NCBI GenBank assembly: GCA_021324975.1
Contig: JAJPIA010000011.1
Span: 15,984 to 79,983, forward strand
Source of the DNA: Bacillota bacterium
GTDB lineage: Bacteria; Sysuimicrobiota; Sysuimicrobiia; Sysuimicrobiales; Segetimicrobiaceae
Direction: 5' to 3'
Length of the DNA: 64,000 nucleotides
Each line of letters begins with the position of its first letter. Position 1 is the stretch's first letter. Below, in pieces: positions 1 through 9,231 of this stretch. The notes beneath the pieces were generated by a model that saw only the letters and a list, made by a program, of their open reading frames with translations, was not told where the DNA came from and searched no databases. The position numbers and the translations under genes are program-made.

Positions 1-170
1 TCAGTTGCGCCACACGGTCGCAGACCCGCTGCTGGTCCACCGGCGCCGCGCGGGTGCGCACGACCGGCATCGTGCCCGGCTGCTCCGGCGTCAGGCTCAG
101 GTCGGGCTCGAGGGACCAGATCACTTCGATCGGCGCGATCCCGGCCTTCCCCGGCCGTGCCGCCGACTCG

Positions 171-959
171 ATGGGAAGCGTGCAGGCGACGCTGATCAGG
201 GCCACCTCGACCCCGCCGGCGCGGAGGCGCGCGGGCGCAAGCGCCTCTTCCAAGTCACCGCCGGCCCCGCAGCTGCTGATCCCGGCCTCCCGGCACGCCG
301 CGATCGTATCGTGCAACGCCCCGGAGGATCGCGCCCTGGACGTGGCGTGCGGGCCCGGCACGCTCCTCGCGGTGCTCTCGCCTCGGGTCCGGTTGACCGT
401 CGGGCTCGACGTGACGGTCGCGATGCTGCAGCAGGCCCGCGCCCGGCTTTCCGGCACCGCCGCCCGGCTCGTGCGAGGCGTGGCCGAGCACCTGCCGTTT
501 GCGGACGGGTCCTTTTCGCTTGTGACCTGCACCTCGGCGATCCACCACTTCGGCGACGCCTCGGAGGTGCTGGGGGACATGGCGCGCGTCTGCGCGCCGG
601 GCGGCCGGATGGTGATCGCGGACCTCGTCGGCGCGGAAGACGAGGCCGTGCGCACGCGGCAAAACGCCATCGAGCGGACGCGCGATCCCGCGCACGTCGA
701 GCTACGCAGCCCGCGCGGGCTCCTCGCGCTGCTTCGGGGGGCGGGCGTCGAACCTCGGGAAACCGCCGAAGGCGTCGAGCCGCGCGAGCTCGACGAATGG
801 TGCCGGATCGCCAATACCCCGCCGGACGTTGCCCGTCGGGTCCGGGAGACGCTCCTGGCCTCGCAGCCCGGGAACCTGGCCGGCATGTCCCCGGTCGTCG
901 TGGACGGGCAGGTCCGCTTCACTCACCGGTGGGCCGTGATCGTCGCCGATCGACGCTGA
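171..959 (+). CDS. Class I SAM-dependent methyltransferase (Methyltransf_11/UbiE-like)
   Basis: Motif I LDVACGPGT, post-I acidic residue, motif II-like PFADGSFSLV. ORF 54..959, start placed at ATG 171 (MGSVQ); the start is uncertain. Confidence 0.6.
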   Translation: MGSVQATLIRATSTPPARRRAGASASSKSPPAPQLLIPASRHAAIVSCNAPEDRALDVACGPGTLLAVLSPRVRLTVGLDVTVAMLQQARARLSGTAARLVRGVAEHLPFADGSFSLVTCTSAIHHFGDASEVLGDMARVCAPGGRMVIADLVGAEDEAVRTRQNAIERTRDPAHVELRSPRGLLALLRGAGVEPRETAEGVEPRELDEWCRIANTPPDVARRVRETLLASQPGNLAGMSPVVVDGQVRFTHRWAVIVADRR

Positions 960-1062
960 ACCCCCGTCCCCACATCGCGTGCGCCTATGGCACCGCCGTG
1001 ATTTCCCGCCGGCGTCCCCTCGTGAGGCCGCAGCGGCCCACCCGGACTCCGGGGGCGTGCGG

Positions 1063-1842
1063 TCACTGCGCGGTGTATCCCCCGTCGATGACCAACGCGG
1101 AACCCATCGCCAGGATCGAGTCGTCGGACGCCAGGAACAACGCCGCCCGCGCGACCTCCTCCGGTTTGGCAAACCGTCCGATGGGGCGCGCCTGCTCCGA
1201 CCGGCGACGCGCCTCCGCGGGATCCGGGGATGCCGCGAGCACCTGCGCGGCGAACGGCGTGTCGGTCACCCCCGGACAGATCGCGTTCACCCGGATGTTG
1301 AACGGCGCACAGTCGATGGCCATTTTCTTGGTGAGAATCAGGAGGCCGCCTTTCGAGGCGCAATAGGGCGCCGATCGAGGACTCCCCACGAAGCTCACCG
1401 TCGAGCCGGCGTTGATGATGCTGCCGCCGCCGGCGCCCTTCATATGCGGAATGGCGTACTTGGAGCACAGGAAGACGCTCTTGAGGTTGACGTCCATGAC
1501 CAGGTCCCAGTCGTCCTCGGAGATCTCTTCCACGCCGCCGAGCCGCACAATGCCGGCATTGTTGTAGAGGATGTCGAGCCGTCCGAACGCGTGGACCGCG
1601 GCGTCGACCATGGCCCGCGCCTGGGCGGCAACCGTCACATCGGTTCGCACAAAGATCGCATCCCCGCCGGCGTCCCGGATTTCGCCGGCGATCGCCTCCC
1701 CGCCGCGGGCATCGATGTCGGCGACCGTGATTTTGGCACCTTCCTGAGCAAAGAGCAGCGCTCCCGCCCGCCCGATGCCCGAGGCCGCACCCGTGATGAT
1801 CGCCACCTTGCCGTCGAGCCGTCGCCCTCCACTCCCCGCCAC
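1063..1842 (-). CDS. SDR family oxidoreductase (short-chain dehydrogenase)
   Basis: Glycine-rich TGAASGIGRA motif, NNAG motif and YCASK catalytic motif. GTG start at 1842 is preceded by AAGGAGGGGG (ORF 1063..1935). Confidence 0.75.
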   Translation of the reverse strand: MAGSGGRRLDGKVAIITGAASGIGRAGALLFAQEGAKITVADIDARGGEAIAGEIRDAGGDAIFVRTDVTVAAQARAMVDAAVHAFGRLDILYNNAGIVRLGGVEEISEDDWDLVMDVNLKSVFLCSKYAIPHMKGAGGGSIINAGSTVSFVGSPRSAPYCASKGGLLILTKKMAIDCAPFNIRVNAICPGVTDTPFAAQVLAASPDPAEARRRSEQARPIGRFAKPEEVARAALFLASDDSILAMGSALVIDGGYTAQ

Positions 1843-1876
1843 CGTCGCCCCCTCCTTCTCGCGGATGCGTCTCACG

Positions 1877-2620
1877 CTACAGCCGTCGCAGCAGCTCCAT
1901 GTGCGCCTCAAACACCCGGTCATTGTGGCCGGCATCCGGGTTCACGTTCGGCGAGACAAATACGGGCGGGGTCAGGCCGCGCGATGCCAGGCGCCGCGCG
2001 ACTTCCGCGACCACGGTCATGGTCACGATGACGACGGCCACCGTCGACGCGGCCGAGACCGGGTGCGCCCAGCCGTCGACGGTGACCAGCGCGTCTTCCG
2101 GCGGCACGCAGTTGTCGATAACGACGTCGGCCAAGTCTCCGAGTTTGCGGCCCGACGAATGCGTGGCTTTGGCGACACGCTGATTGGCGACGCTGGTGAC
2201 CGCCACGACGATCGCCCCCCGTGCCTTGCCGTACAGCGCCATCTCCACGGGCGCGGCGTTCAGCCCGCCGTGGGAAAAGATCCACATCGTATCGGCGGAG
2301 GTCACATGAAAGCTCCGCATGAGGTGCTCGATGTAGCCTTCGCGGCGCTCGATCCAGAGCAGTTCCCGCGCCCCTCCGGGGCCCGTCGCGCCGTGCCACA
2401 ACAGGCGGGGATCGATGATCGGCACGAACCCCGGGAACGAGCCGTAGCGTGGGAAGATGTCCATGATCGGCAGGATGGAGTGGCCGCTTCCGAACAGGTA
2501 GACGGCCCGGCCGCCGGCAATCGAGGCCGTCATCGAATCCGCGGCCTGCTCGATGGCCGGACCCTGCGTCCGGCCGATCGTCTGCGCCACTGAAAGAATC
2601 TTGTCGATATACGTCAGCAT
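1877..2620 (-). CDS. SIS-domain phosphosugar-binding protein
   Basis: LFGSGHS...AVTSVANQ pattern typical of SIS_2 family sugar isomerase-like proteins; 247 aa. Confidence 0.55.
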   Translation of the reverse strand: MLTYIDKILSVAQTIGRTQGPAIEQAADSMTASIAGGRAVYLFGSGHSILPIMDIFPRYGSFPGFVPIIDPRLLWHGATGPGGARELLWIERREGYIEHLMRSFHVTSADTMWIFSHGGLNAAPVEMALYGKARGAIVVAVTSVANQRVAKATHSSGRKLGDLADVVIDNCVPPEDALVTVDGWAHPVSAASTVAVVIVTMTVVAEVARRLASRGLTPPVFVSPNVNPDAGHNDRVFEAHMELLRRL

Positions 2621-2638
2621 GGTCTCCTCCTCTACGCC

Positions 2639-3562
2639 CTATCTCGACCGCAGGCCCCGATGAACGAGCGCCGCGGCGCCGAGGAAACTCGCGCGGGCGC
2701 CGAGCGCGGATCGCCGGATCGGCACCTGCCGCGCGAGCGGCTGCGCGTATGTCCGGATCGCGGTACGGAGCGGCGCGAGCGGGAACCGGCCCGACTGCAT
2801 CACCCCGCCGCCGACGATGACGACGTCCGGGTCGAGCATGCTCACCACGTCGGCGACCGCAACGCCGATGAGCCGGGCCGCGTCGTCGATGAGCGCCCGC
2901 GCGCGGCGGTTTCCTCGACGCGCCTCGGACACGAGATCATGGACACTCGCTCCGGGAATGCGCGATTGCCTCATGCGGCGCAGGATCGCCGGCCCGGCCA
3001 CCGCCGACTCCAGAGCGCCGACCCGCGAGGCCGCCGCGTCGCCGTCCGTTCGGCCCGCCCACCAGCCCACGGAGCCGGCGGCGCCGTGCGCCCCCGTCCA
3101 GAAATGGCCGTTCATCATGAACCCGAGGCCGATGCCGGTTCCGATCGTGAGGAACGCCGCGGACCGGACCTTGCGCGCCGCCCCGAGCCAGGTCTCGCCG
3201 ACCAAGGACGTCAGCCGATCATCCCCTACGACCGCGCGGAGCCCCGTGGCCCCCGTCAGGTAGGCGCCGAGGGGTACCCGGCGCCACCCCGGAAGGTTCG
3301 GCGCCCAGACCGTCCCATCGGCCCGCACCGCCCCGGGCACGGCCACGCCGAGGCCGGTGATCGTTGCGCGGGCCGGCGCGGCGCGCCGCAGCAACAGCAC
3401 CAGCTCAACGATCTGCCGTAGGACCCGCTCTCCACCGAGCGGGTTCGCGGGAACCATGCGGGACACGTGGACCTCGCCCCGCGGCCCGACCAGTCCGGCG
3501 AGGATCTTTGTCCCGCCGACGTCCACCGCGACCGCCACGCGTCGTCCCGTCCCGGCCCCCAC
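2639..3562 (-). CDS. ROK family sugar kinase / NagC-like protein
   Basis: N-terminal VAVDVGGTKILAGLV ATPase motif, GLGVAVPG and GIGLGFMMNG ROK signatures. Confidence 0.7.
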   Translation of the reverse strand: MGAGTGRRVAVAVDVGGTKILAGLVGPRGEVHVSRMVPANPLGGERVLRQIVELVLLLRRAAPARATITGLGVAVPGAVRADGTVWAPNLPGWRRVPLGAYLTGATGLRAVVGDDRLTSLVGETWLGAARKVRSAAFLTIGTGIGLGFMMNGHFWTGAHGAAGSVGWWAGRTDGDAAASRVGALESAVAGPAILRRMRQSRIPGASVHDLVSEARRGNRRARALIDDAARLIGVAVADVVSMLDPDVVIVGGGVMQSGRFPLAPLRTAIRTYAQPLARQVPIRRSALGARASFLGAAALVHRGLRSR

Positions 3563-3568
3563 GCGCCG

Positions 3569-4300
3569 CTACTTCGCGAATTGGTTGTAGAACCGCATAC
3601 GCAGCGGTTCGGCGACCATGAAGGCCTGCGCGTACCGCACGCCGGCCTGGCACCCGCGCACGCGCGCCAAGGAAGTGTAAAAGTCCCGGTAGGGAAACGC
3701 CGCCAGATTTTCCCGTGCCAGGGCATACGCGTCCATCGCCTCGAGCCACTGATCATACGTGTCGCTGATGTCCTCGTAGTGTTGGGGCCGGAAGTCCACC
3801 GGATCTTCCCAGTTCTCGGGGAACCACACCTCGCTCACGGCCCACGCGGGCCGCGTACGCTGCACGCCGGGCAGGGCGGCGAAGAAGCAGCCGTCCATCA
3901 CGAGCTCGTGGGCGGTACGGTGATCCTTGTGCCAGCTCCCCTTCCAGTGTGTGAACACCAGGTCCGGGCGGAACTCGCGGAGCAGGTCGCAGATCGCCAG
4001 CTTGGCCTCGTCGTCGTCCGGCAGATGCGTGTCCTCGTACTCCAGCACCCGCACGGTCGCCCCGAGCACTAAGGCCGAGCGCTCCGCCTCGCTCTTCTTC
4101 TGGCCCGCGTAGGCCCCGGTGCGCCCGCCGACGCGGTATCCGCGCTCGCCGAGCGTCATGTGCACAATCGTGATCTCGCTGCCCTGACGGCGGAGTTTGG
4201 CCAGCACGCCCCCGGCCGTGGCCTCCGCATCGAACGCATGCGCCCCAAAGGCGACCACGCGCGATACCACCCGGCACACCTCCTTGCGCCGATTTGTCAT
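3569..4300 (-). CDS. PIG-L family deacetylase (LmbE-like, N-acetylglucosaminyl deacetylase family)
   Basis: VVAFGAHAFDAE and HxDH-type motifs; 243 aa from ATG at 4300, which is the C-terminal part of ORF 3569..4975. Confidence 0.7.
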   Translation of the reverse strand: MTNRRKEVCRVVSRVVAFGAHAFDAEATAGGVLAKLRRQGSEITIVHMTLGERGYRVGGRTGAYAGQKKSEAERSALVLGATVRVLEYEDTHLPDDDEAKLAICDLLREFRPDLVFTHWKGSWHKDHRTAHELVMDGCFFAALPGVQRTRPAWAVSEVWFPENWEDPVDFRPQHYEDISDTYDQWLEAMDAYALARENLAAFPYRDFYTSLARVRGCQAGVRYAQAFMVAEPLRMRFYNQFAK

Positions 4301-5208
4301 CCGCGCAGTCCGCTCATGATGACGCCGCGAATGTACGCGCGCTGTGCGAACGCGAAGACGACGATGGTCGGCAGCGATACCAAGAGCGCCGCCGCCATCA
4401 ACCACTCCATGTGCGGCACGCCCGCCCCGCCGGACCCGCCGCCGTAGAACGTCTTGAAGAAGCTGAGCCCGAGCGAGACGGGGAACTTCGGAATGCTGCT
4501 GAGGTAGATGAGCGGCCCAAAAAAGTCGTTCCACCGGCTGACAAAGGAGATCACGGCCACGGTGGTGACGGCCGCTCGGGACAGCGGCATCAGGATCCGC
4601 CAGTAGAACGTCATCGGCCCCGCGCCGTCGATCGTGGCGGCATCTCGAAGATCCAACGGGATGGTGAGGAAGAACTGCCGCAGCAGGAAGATGCTGAACG
4701 CGCTGTCCGCGAGGAACGCGGGTACGATGAAGGGTTTGTACGTGTCGAGCCAGCCGAGGTAGCGAAACACAATGTACATCGGAATCACGGTGACCTGCGA
4801 CGGGATCATCAGCGTCGCGAGAACGATCAGGAACAGCAGGTTGCGCAGCGGGAAGCGGAAGAACGCGAAGCCGTAGGCGACGAGCGAGCACGAAAGGATC
4901 GTCCCCACGACCGGCACGATCGTGATCACGAGCGTGTTCACGAAGAACCGGTCGAACGGCACCGTCCCGCTCCACGCCTCCGCGTAGTTACCCCAGGCGA
5001 ACGGCCGGGGGATCGCCTCCGGCGGGAACGCGAAGACCTGGCCCGCCGTCTTGAGCGAGGTAGAGACGGCCCACAGGATCGGCAGCAGCACGACCGCCGC
5101 GCCCGCGGCGACCAATGTGTAGTATGCGACCGGGCCCGCCCCCGCAGCCGCGTAGCGAGGCCGCGGCCCGCGGCGCACACGCGTGAGCGGGGCGGCGAGC
5201 CCGCTCAT
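4297..5208 (-). CDS. Carbohydrate ABC transporter permease (MalG/BPD_transp_1)
   Basis: Six-TM permease with EAA-like loop (DGAGPMTFYWRILMPL). ATG at 5208, ATGA overlap with the upstream permease. Confidence 0.8.
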   Translation of the reverse strand: MSGLAAPLTRVRRGPRPRYAAAGAGPVAYYTLVAAGAAVVLLPILWAVSTSLKTAGQVFAFPPEAIPRPFAWGNYAEAWSGTVPFDRFFVNTLVITIVPVVGTILSCSLVAYGFAFFRFPLRNLLFLIVLATLMIPSQVTVIPMYIVFRYLGWLDTYKPFIVPAFLADSAFSIFLLRQFFLTIPLDLRDAATIDGAGPMTFYWRILMPLSRAAVTTVAVISFVSRWNDFFGPLIYLSSIPKFPVSLGLSFFKTFYGGGSGGAGVPHMEWLMAAALLVSLPTIVVFAFAQRAYIRGVIMSGLRG

Positions 5209-6101
5209 CCGGGAGTGGCCCCGCCCTCGTAGTAGACCCAGCGCTGCATCAGGCGAAACTGCACCCAGGTGAAGGCCAGCAGGAGGACCAGCATCACCCA
5301 GGCCATGGCGGCCGCGTACCCCATCTGGAAGTACTGGAAGCCGTTGCGGTAGAGATACAGCACATAGACCAACGTGGAATCGGCCGGGCCGCCGTTCGTC
5401 ACGATGTACGCGGGGGTGAAGACCTGAAAGGATGCGATCACCCCGAGGACGAGGTTGAAGAAAATCACCGGCGACAGCAGCGGCAGCGTCACGTGCCACA
5501 GGCGCCGTCCCCGCGACGCGCCGTCCAGCGCCGCGGCCTCGTGGAGCTCCTCGGGGATCCCCTGCAGCCCCGCAAGGAAGATGAGCATGCGGTTTCCCCC
5601 GATGGTCCAGAGGCCCATCAGCACGAGCGACGGGAGCGCCCACGTTGTGCTCTCCAGCCACGCCACCGGCGGCAACCCCAGCCGCGAGAGCAGGTAGTTG
5701 AGCAGGCCGAAGTGCGTGTTCAACAGCCACGTCCAGATGATCGCCGTCGCGACGGTGGGCATCAACTCGGGCAGGTAGAACAACGCCCGAAAGACGGACA
5801 CCGCCGGGACGCGCCGGTTCAACAGCAGCGCGAGCGTGAGGGAACCGGCCAGGGACAGCGGCACCGTGAGCAGCGTGTACGCCAGCGTGTTCCGAAGGGC
5901 GGTCCAGAACAGCGGATCGCGCCACAGATTCGCGAAGTTGGCGAGCCCCACGTACTGTGGCGCCGTGAGAATGTCCCACTTCGTCAGGCTCAATCCCAGG
6001 GAGATCGCCATGGGGCCCGCGGTGAACGCGAGAAACCCCAGGCCCCACGGCAGGATCAGCAGGAAGCCCGTCAGCGCCTCGCGCCGCGCTCGCGGCGTCA
6101 T
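5205..6101 (-). CDS. Carbohydrate ABC transporter permease (MalF-like)
   Basis: EAAALDGASRGRRLWHVTLP EAA motif; 298 aa, coupled to the downstream permease. Confidence 0.8.
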   Translation of the reverse strand: MTPRARREALTGFLLILPWGLGFLAFTAGPMAISLGLSLTKWDILTAPQYVGLANFANLWRDPLFWTALRNTLAYTLLTVPLSLAGSLTLALLLNRRVPAVSVFRALFYLPELMPTVATAIIWTWLLNTHFGLLNYLLSRLGLPPVAWLESTTWALPSLVLMGLWTIGGNRMLIFLAGLQGIPEELHEAAALDGASRGRRLWHVTLPLLSPVIFFNLVLGVIASFQVFTPAYIVTNGGPADSTLVYVLYLYRNGFQYFQMGYAAAMAWVMLVLLLAFTWVQFRLMQRWVYYEGGATPG

Positions 6102-6150
6102 CTCGGGCGCGCCCGTCCGGGACGCGCAGGCGACGGCACGGCGGCGCGCG

Positions 6151-7473
6151 TCAGTGTTGGAGCAGCGCGTTGATCTTGCTGCACGCCTCGCCCGTCGCGG
6201 CGGCAGGCGACTTCTGGCCGGTCCAGACCAGGTCCATCTCGCTCCCGAGCGTGTCCACCATCTCCGCCCAGTGGGTTGTCCGCGGGTCGAGGCGGCCGTA
6301 CGCGAGCGCGTCCACGAAGACCTTACGGTGCAGCGGCACCTTCCCCGGCGCCAGGAACTGCGGCGACAGCGCCGCCGCGCGGAGCGCGGGAATGATCAGC
6401 CCCAGGTGGGCCAGCTCCATCGTGTTGTCCGGCTGCGACAGGAATCGGATGAGCGTCCAGGCCTGATCGGGATGCGGCGCTTTGGCGGGAATCGCGTAGG
6501 CCCCGGTGGCGACGCGCGTGGACTGGATCGTGCCCTTGGGCAGCGGCGCCACGTCCCATGCGAACGTCTTGATCGCGCTTCCGGTCACGACGATGTCCCA
6601 GTAGCCGCTGGCCATCATGCCGATCTTCCCGTTGGCGAACAGGTTGGTCTGCTGCGCCTGCGACGGCAGAATGCCGGCGTGCTGCTTCAGGATCAGGTCC
6701 TGCAGAAACGTGATCCCCCGGACCGCGGCGGGCCGATCGAGGCGGCAGCTCGTGTTCGTGGGGTCGAGCACGTCGCCTCCGAAGCTGTAGACTACGGGGA
6801 ACAGCCCGAAGGGCATGTTGACCGGCGCGACCGTGCCCCACTGGACGATGGCGTTCGGGTTGAAGCCCGGCTGGTCCGCGCTCTTGCCGTTGCTGTCGCG
6901 CGTCAGCTTCTTCGCCACGGTCAAAAAAGTGTTCCACGTCCACTGGCCCGCGGCGTAGTATTCGTTCGGCGTCTTCAACCCGGCCTGCTTGAACATGTCG
7001 GCATTGTAGTAGAGCGCAATCGAGGACGTCTCACGCGGCAGCGCGTACAGCTTCCCGTGGTCGGAGAATTGTTGAATCGCCGTGGGGAAGTACGCGCTCT
7101 TCGAGAGGCCGGCCTTCGCCAGGTAGGGATCCATGTCGAGCAGGAAGTGCTTTGCCAGCGCGGCCGGGAACCACGAGTAATGGCCGTAGATCACGTCGGG
7201 GTAGTCTCCGCTGGCGGCGATGACCTGGACCTTTTGGAAGTACTCCGGGTCCGAGGAGGCCACGACCGTCTCCAGTTTGACCTTGATGTCCGGATGCGAC
7301 TGCTCGAACTTGGACACCAGCCCCTGGTAGAGCTTCAGTTCGTTGGCTTCGCCCTGCCAGACCATCCGGATCGTGGTGACCTTCTGCGCCTGCGCCGGTG
7401 ATCCGCCACCGAGCGTCCACATCGTGCCGGCGAGGGCCGCAATCACAAGCACGCCGATCCACTTGCTGCGCAT
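6151..7473 (-). CDS. Sugar ABC transporter substrate-binding protein (SBP family 1)
   Basis: Signal peptide MRSKWIGVLVIAALAG; ATG at 7473 preceded by AAGGAGGGG; family-1 SBP length and composition. Confidence 0.8.
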   Translation of the reverse strand: MRSKWIGVLVIAALAGTMWTLGGGSPAQAQKVTTIRMVWQGEANELKLYQGLVSKFEQSHPDIKVKLETVVASSDPEYFQKVQVIAASGDYPDVIYGHYSWFPAALAKHFLLDMDPYLAKAGLSKSAYFPTAIQQFSDHGKLYALPRETSSIALYYNADMFKQAGLKTPNEYYAAGQWTWNTFLTVAKKLTRDSNGKSADQPGFNPNAIVQWGTVAPVNMPFGLFPVVYSFGGDVLDPTNTSCRLDRPAAVRGITFLQDLILKQHAGILPSQAQQTNLFANGKIGMMASGYWDIVVTGSAIKTFAWDVAPLPKGTIQSTRVATGAYAIPAKAPHPDQAWTLIRFLSQPDNTMELAHLGLIIPALRAAALSPQFLAPGKVPLHRKVFVDALAYGRLDPRTTHWAEMVDTLGSEMDLVWTGQKSPAAATGEACSKINALLQH

Positions 7474-7703
7474 TCGATCCCCTCCTTCCGCAAACCGCGC
7501 CCAGCATACAAGCCAGCGTTTGTCCACGGACGTGCGTCGATGGCATCCCCCCTCACGCGCCTAGAGTGCGTCATCGCATTGGTTCGGCAAGGGTTGGTGC
7601 CGGGCGGACCTGCCCTCCGCTCCACGCACCGACGCCTGACCAATGCCGTGCCTTCGCTTCGTTTGCAGCGCAAGTCAGGTGACGCCGCGCAGTTGTGAGC
7701 ATC

Positions 7704-7722
7704 GCGGGCGTCGAACGCCCGC
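7704..7722. terminator. GC-rich hairpin (GCGGGCG-tcgaa-CGCCCGC) downstream of the GntR gene; no U-tract
   Basis: Perfect 7-bp stem with 5-nt loop about 55 nt after the GntR stop; possible intrinsic terminator in a high-GC genome. Confidence 0.25.
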
Positions 7723-7775
7723 TCCGGCCAGGCCCGCCCGACACGTTTACCTCGTCGCACATACGAGACGCTGCA

Positions 7776-8540
7776 CTACAGCCGCGGCGCCTTGCGAATC
7801 AGCTCGAGCGTCAACTGCATCCGGTCGCCGCGAAGAATGGAGGTCACGAATTCCACGGGCCGGCTGTCCGAATCGAACGTCGTGCGTTCCACCTCGAAGG
7901 CCGCGGTCCGTGTGGACGCCCTCAACACCGCGGCGGTCGCGCGCCTCAGGACGACAGGGCGGTATACTTCCTGGGCGCGGACGATCTGGACGCCGTACTC
8001 CTGCTCGAGGATCCGGTACAGGGACTCCGTCGCCAGCCGGCTCGCGTCGATGCCGCCGAACCGCGATTCGGGCAAGTACGCGGTCTGGAGCGCCAGCGGC
8101 TCGCTGTCCGCGAAGCGGAGGCGCCTGATGGCGATGACGGCCTCGTTCTGGGCCACGTGGAGCGCGTCGCGCACGCGCTCTCCGGCGGAAACCGTGCCGC
8201 TCTCCAAGATCCGGGAGGTCGTGGCGAGACCCCGCTGGGCCATTTCCTCCGTGAAGGAGACCAATTCGGACACCACATGGGAGACGCGCGGCGCCGCGAC
8301 AAAGGTCCCGCGCCCGCGCGCTCGATACAGCAATCCCTCCGCCACGAGCGCCGCTACGGCTTGGCGGACGGTGATGCGGCTGACGCGGTACCGCGTGCAC
8401 AGCTCGGATTCCGCCGGGATCCGTTGCCCGGGACGCCACGCACCGCCGTTGATCCCAGCGCGCAACACTTCGCGCAGTTGGTAATGGAGCGGCAACGGAG
8501 AGGTCCGTGAGATCGTGAGCGTCGGCATCGGCTCGTCCAA
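7776..8540 (-). CDS. GntR family transcriptional regulator, HutC subfamily (wHTH + UTRA effector domain)
   Basis: N-terminal GntR HTH (YRVSRITVRQAVAALVAEGLL) followed by a UTRA-type C-terminal domain; 254 aa. Confidence 0.8.
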   Translation of the reverse strand: MDEPMPTLTISRTSPLPLHYQLREVLRAGINGGAWRPGQRIPAESELCTRYRVSRITVRQAVAALVAEGLLYRARGRGTFVAAPRVSHVVSELVSFTEEMAQRGLATTSRILESGTVSAGERVRDALHVAQNEAVIAIRRLRFADSEPLALQTAYLPESRFGGIDASRLATESLYRILEQEYGVQIVRAQEVYRPVVLRRATAAVLRASTRTAAFEVERTTFDSDSRPVEFVTSILRGDRMQLTLELIRKAPRL

Positions 8541-8561
8541 GATCAGATTAGCTCATTATAT

Positions 8562-8580
8562 TGTTATGTCATTATTAACA
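8562..8580. promoter_or_regulatory. AT-rich inverted repeat TGTTA-N9-TAACA with adjacent TATAAT (minus strand) immediately upstream of the GntR gene; candidate operator/promoter
   Basis: Only AT-rich block in the region. Perfect 5-bp arms with the GT..AC core typical of GntR-family sites; TATAAT at 8555-8560 (minus). Confidence 0.35.
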
Positions 8581-8588
8581 TATCCTCC

Positions 8589-8948
8589 TTGTGCGGCGTC
8601 GCCCGCCGCCGCCGCCACACTCCCTCCATCGTGCGGCTCCGGCTGCGTGGGCGCGACGTCGAGGCCCGGCCGGAGCTGATCGGCGATCTCGACGAGGTGC
8701 AACGCCTCCTCGAGGCGATCGTCGCCGCCAACCCGACCGCAGGCAGATTCGTTGGGATCCGGCGCGGTCCGGACGGTCGTCTGGATCGCCGCGGTCTCGA
8801 GGACGCCGTCCGGCACGGCTTTCGGGTCGTTCGATGGCATCTCGACCGGGAGGAACCGACCAGCGCCCGCGGTGACGCTTGCGGCGTCGCCGTCTGTGGC
8901 CGCGGCGTCGCCGCCGCCGAGATGGCCCGGGCGCTCGGTCGGGTGTGA
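8589..8948 (+). CDS. Hypothetical protein
   Basis: High GC3 throughout this frame (coding-like); no recognisable domain. Confidence 0.3.
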   Translation: MCGVARRRRHTPSIVRLRLRGRDVEARPELIGDLDEVQRLLEAIVAANPTAGRFVGIRRGPDGRLDRRGLEDAVRHGFRVVRWHLDREEPTSARGDACGVAVCGRGVAAAEMARALGRV

Positions 8949-9231
8949 CGGCCCTTCGAGCACGGTAGGGATCGGCCCCCGCCGCGGCGGACCTAAATAT
9001 GCATGCGGACGTTTCTCGCCTCGATCCTGGCCGCCGGCTGCATCGTGCTCGGCGCGACGGCCGCGGCTCCGGCGGGGGCGGCGAGTGCCGCACCCGACTA
9101 CTCGCCGCCCCGGGCGCGTACAACCCCGCGGTCACGCAGGCCAACATCGACCGAACGGCAAACACACCTGAGTTCCACCTTCGCAGCGACGTCGACCGCG
9201 GATGGATCACCACAGTGCAAAGGAGCCTGAC

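Noticed and set aside
5-1366. 453-aa plus-strand ORF at the window start
   Set aside because: It is in the alternate frame to the methyltransferase gene, is R/A/G/P-rich and has no motifs.
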